Both the position numbers and the translations under genes were made by a program. DNA of 64,000 nt from positions 2,782-66,781 of the IMG/VR virus record IMGVR_UViG_2933320104_000001; one strand, written 5' to 3'. This DNA comes from a virus (lineage: Duplodnaviria; Caudoviricetes). The notes beneath the pieces are model-generated. The model did not search any database and was not told where the DNA came from. It saw only the letters and a program-made list of their open reading frames with translations. Shown here in pieces: positions 62,892 through 64,000 of this stretch (its first letter is position 1; every line of letters starts with the position of its first letter).

Positions 62892-63431
62892 CTAGTCGAG
62901 GCGCGACTGACACGCTAGGCGTTCACTGACGGCTTCTTGGATCCAGTGAGCGCGAGACATGGTCCCGCGAACGGCGTCTACCTCAGACAGGATGTCGAGA
63001 GAGAGCGGAAGGACAATGACGGGTTCGGCGTCCGGCCAGCTTCCGCCTCTGCCTGCCACACGGCCGAAACGGGTGAACTGGAGCCGATCTGTCATGTGCT
63101 GCGAGACCGGAAGTGTCTCGGCGAACGCTATGACGTCGTCTACTCGCGCGTCCATGAAGTATTCGCCGTCGTTGGTCGACTTGAAGTGGGTGTGGCAGAA
63201 CTCGACCAGCTGTATCTCGTTGCGCCGCGCGAGGGGATGCGGCTGCGATAGCCACTGCGCAGCAACGAAGATTCCGTGCGGACGCGCCGCGGTGGCGTGT
63301 GACTTCAGCCGCGAGGCAGGGTTTCCGGTTCGTCCGATCTTGATAGTCCCGGAGTTGAATTGGACGACGTAAACGTAGTGACCGAGGCGGGAGGTCCCAG
63401 GTAACCCTGCGTTGGCCTGAGCGGGAATCAC
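62892..63431 (-). CDS. GIY-YIG/T5orf172-like domain plus RHH-like tail
   Basis: YVYVV.F..G.IKIGRT.NP..RL..H; GEYF; RG.MSRAHWIQEAV.ERL. Confidence 0.72.
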   Translation of the reverse strand: MIPAQANAGLPGTSRLGHYVYVVQFNSGTIKIGRTGNPASRLKSHATAARPHGIFVAAQWLSQPHPLARRNEIQLVEFCHTHFKSTNDGEYFMDARVDDVIAFAETLPVSQHMTDRLQFTRFGRVAGRGGSWPDAEPVIVLPLSLDILSEVDAVRGTMSRAHWIQEAVSERLACQSRLD

Positions 63432-63943
63432 TCAGCTTCCTCATCGTCCTGGCTGGGGGTGACGTCCACGTCAGTCTCGTCGAACTCCCACCCGCTGATG
63501 GTGGTGAGGTCGTGGACCTGCTTCTCGTACAGCGCCGCGATCTCGGCGAGGTCGGCGCTGTCGATCAGCTCGGACTCGGCCGGGTCGTCGTGGACGAGCG
63601 CCCATCGCTGCTGCCCTTCCATCTCGAAGGCGACCACGCGGATGTGGTACTCCTTCTGCCCGATCTCGTCGAGGCTGTAGGACTCCCGCTCGACGTATCC
63701 CGCGTCGATGGCCTCGCGCACCGCGTTGGCGATGTCGCGAGTGACGGTCGGGTCTACGCGGTCGATGGTGGACTGGATGGTGCGCACGACGGGCTCCTTG
63801 GCAATCCGGTTGATGGGGACGATGGCGGCGACCTGCCGCCCGTGCCGGGTGATGTAGGTGATCTCTCCGGCGTACTCCGCGCGGTTCACCAGGTCCCCGA
63901 ACTTGGCGCGTCCTTCGCGGAGGCCGATCTCGTTCTCGCTCAC
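63428..63943 (-). CDS. Phd/YefM antitoxin-domain fusion protein
   Basis: IGLREGRAKFGDLVNRA...GE.TYITRHGR.VAAIVP. Confidence 0.82.
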   Translation of the reverse strand: MSENEIGLREGRAKFGDLVNRAEYAGEITYITRHGRQVAAIVPINRIAKEPVVRTIQSTIDRVDPTVTRDIANAVREAIDAGYVERESYSLDEIGQKEYHIRVVAFEMEGQQRWALVHDDPAESELIDSADLAEIAALYEKQVHDLTTISGWEFDETDVDVTPSQDDEEAE

Positions 63944-63945
63944 AC

Positions 63946-63979
63946 CTAGAGAGTACACAGTTTGCATTGTGTACACAAT
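63946..63979 (-). promoter_or_regulatory. Leaderless-type promoter with Phd-type operator
   Basis: Palindrome ATTGTGTACACAAT (63966-63979), second GTACAC at 63953; TTGTGT-17-TACTCT on the minus strand. Confidence 0.65.
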
Positions 63980-64000
63980 AACTTGGACGTGCCTCTTCAT

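Larger units (their letters stand above)
1..64000. mobile_element. Actinobacterial siphovirus/prophage genome segment (ends not in window)
   Basis: Complete terminase-portal-capsid-tail-lysis module plus replication module and WhiB; high GC; dense ATGA/GTGA gene overlaps. Confidence 0.95.

Noticed and set aside
1-64000. Integrase, att sites, reverse transcriptase/DGR, CRISPR-Cas, transposase
   Set aside because: No catalytic motifs or TR/VR repeat pair were seen by eye; integration functions probably lie outside the window

Overview
The whole window is one high-GC, actinobacterial-type siphovirus genome, most likely a temperate prophage; no integrase, att site or immunity repressor is visible, so these probably lie outside the window. 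Order on the + strand: early and recombination genes (antirepressor-like, Rad52/Sak, HNH; 1-8.5 kb); a C5-methyltransferase, PAPS-reductase-like, Arr-like ADP-ribosyltransferase and WhiB block (8.5-13 kb); a lambda-like replication module with an origin inside the initiator gene, then DnaC-like, DnaB and CHC2 Zn-finger genes (13.5-16.7 kb); a long run of small accessory genes (17-33 kb); displaced tail-fibre-like genes and two HNH nucleases (34.5-40.1 kb); packaging and head genes (40.3-47.6 kb); connector and tail genes (47.6-60.3 kb); lysis genes (60.4-62.5 kb); and two reverse-strand morons. Most notable: (1) a 62-aa half-size Prp-like cysteine protease sits between scaffold and capsid genes whose N-termini share the motif WFDLxRHD; (2) two unrelated nuclease genes share a cassette made of a PafBC/RecA-NDp-like promoter and a covarying RNA leader that hides the RBS; (3) a late promoter/terminator is followed by a four-hairpin non-coding tract; (4) two small reverse-strand HTH genes sit beside operator-like repeats. 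All product calls come from motif recognition by eye; no database search was run.
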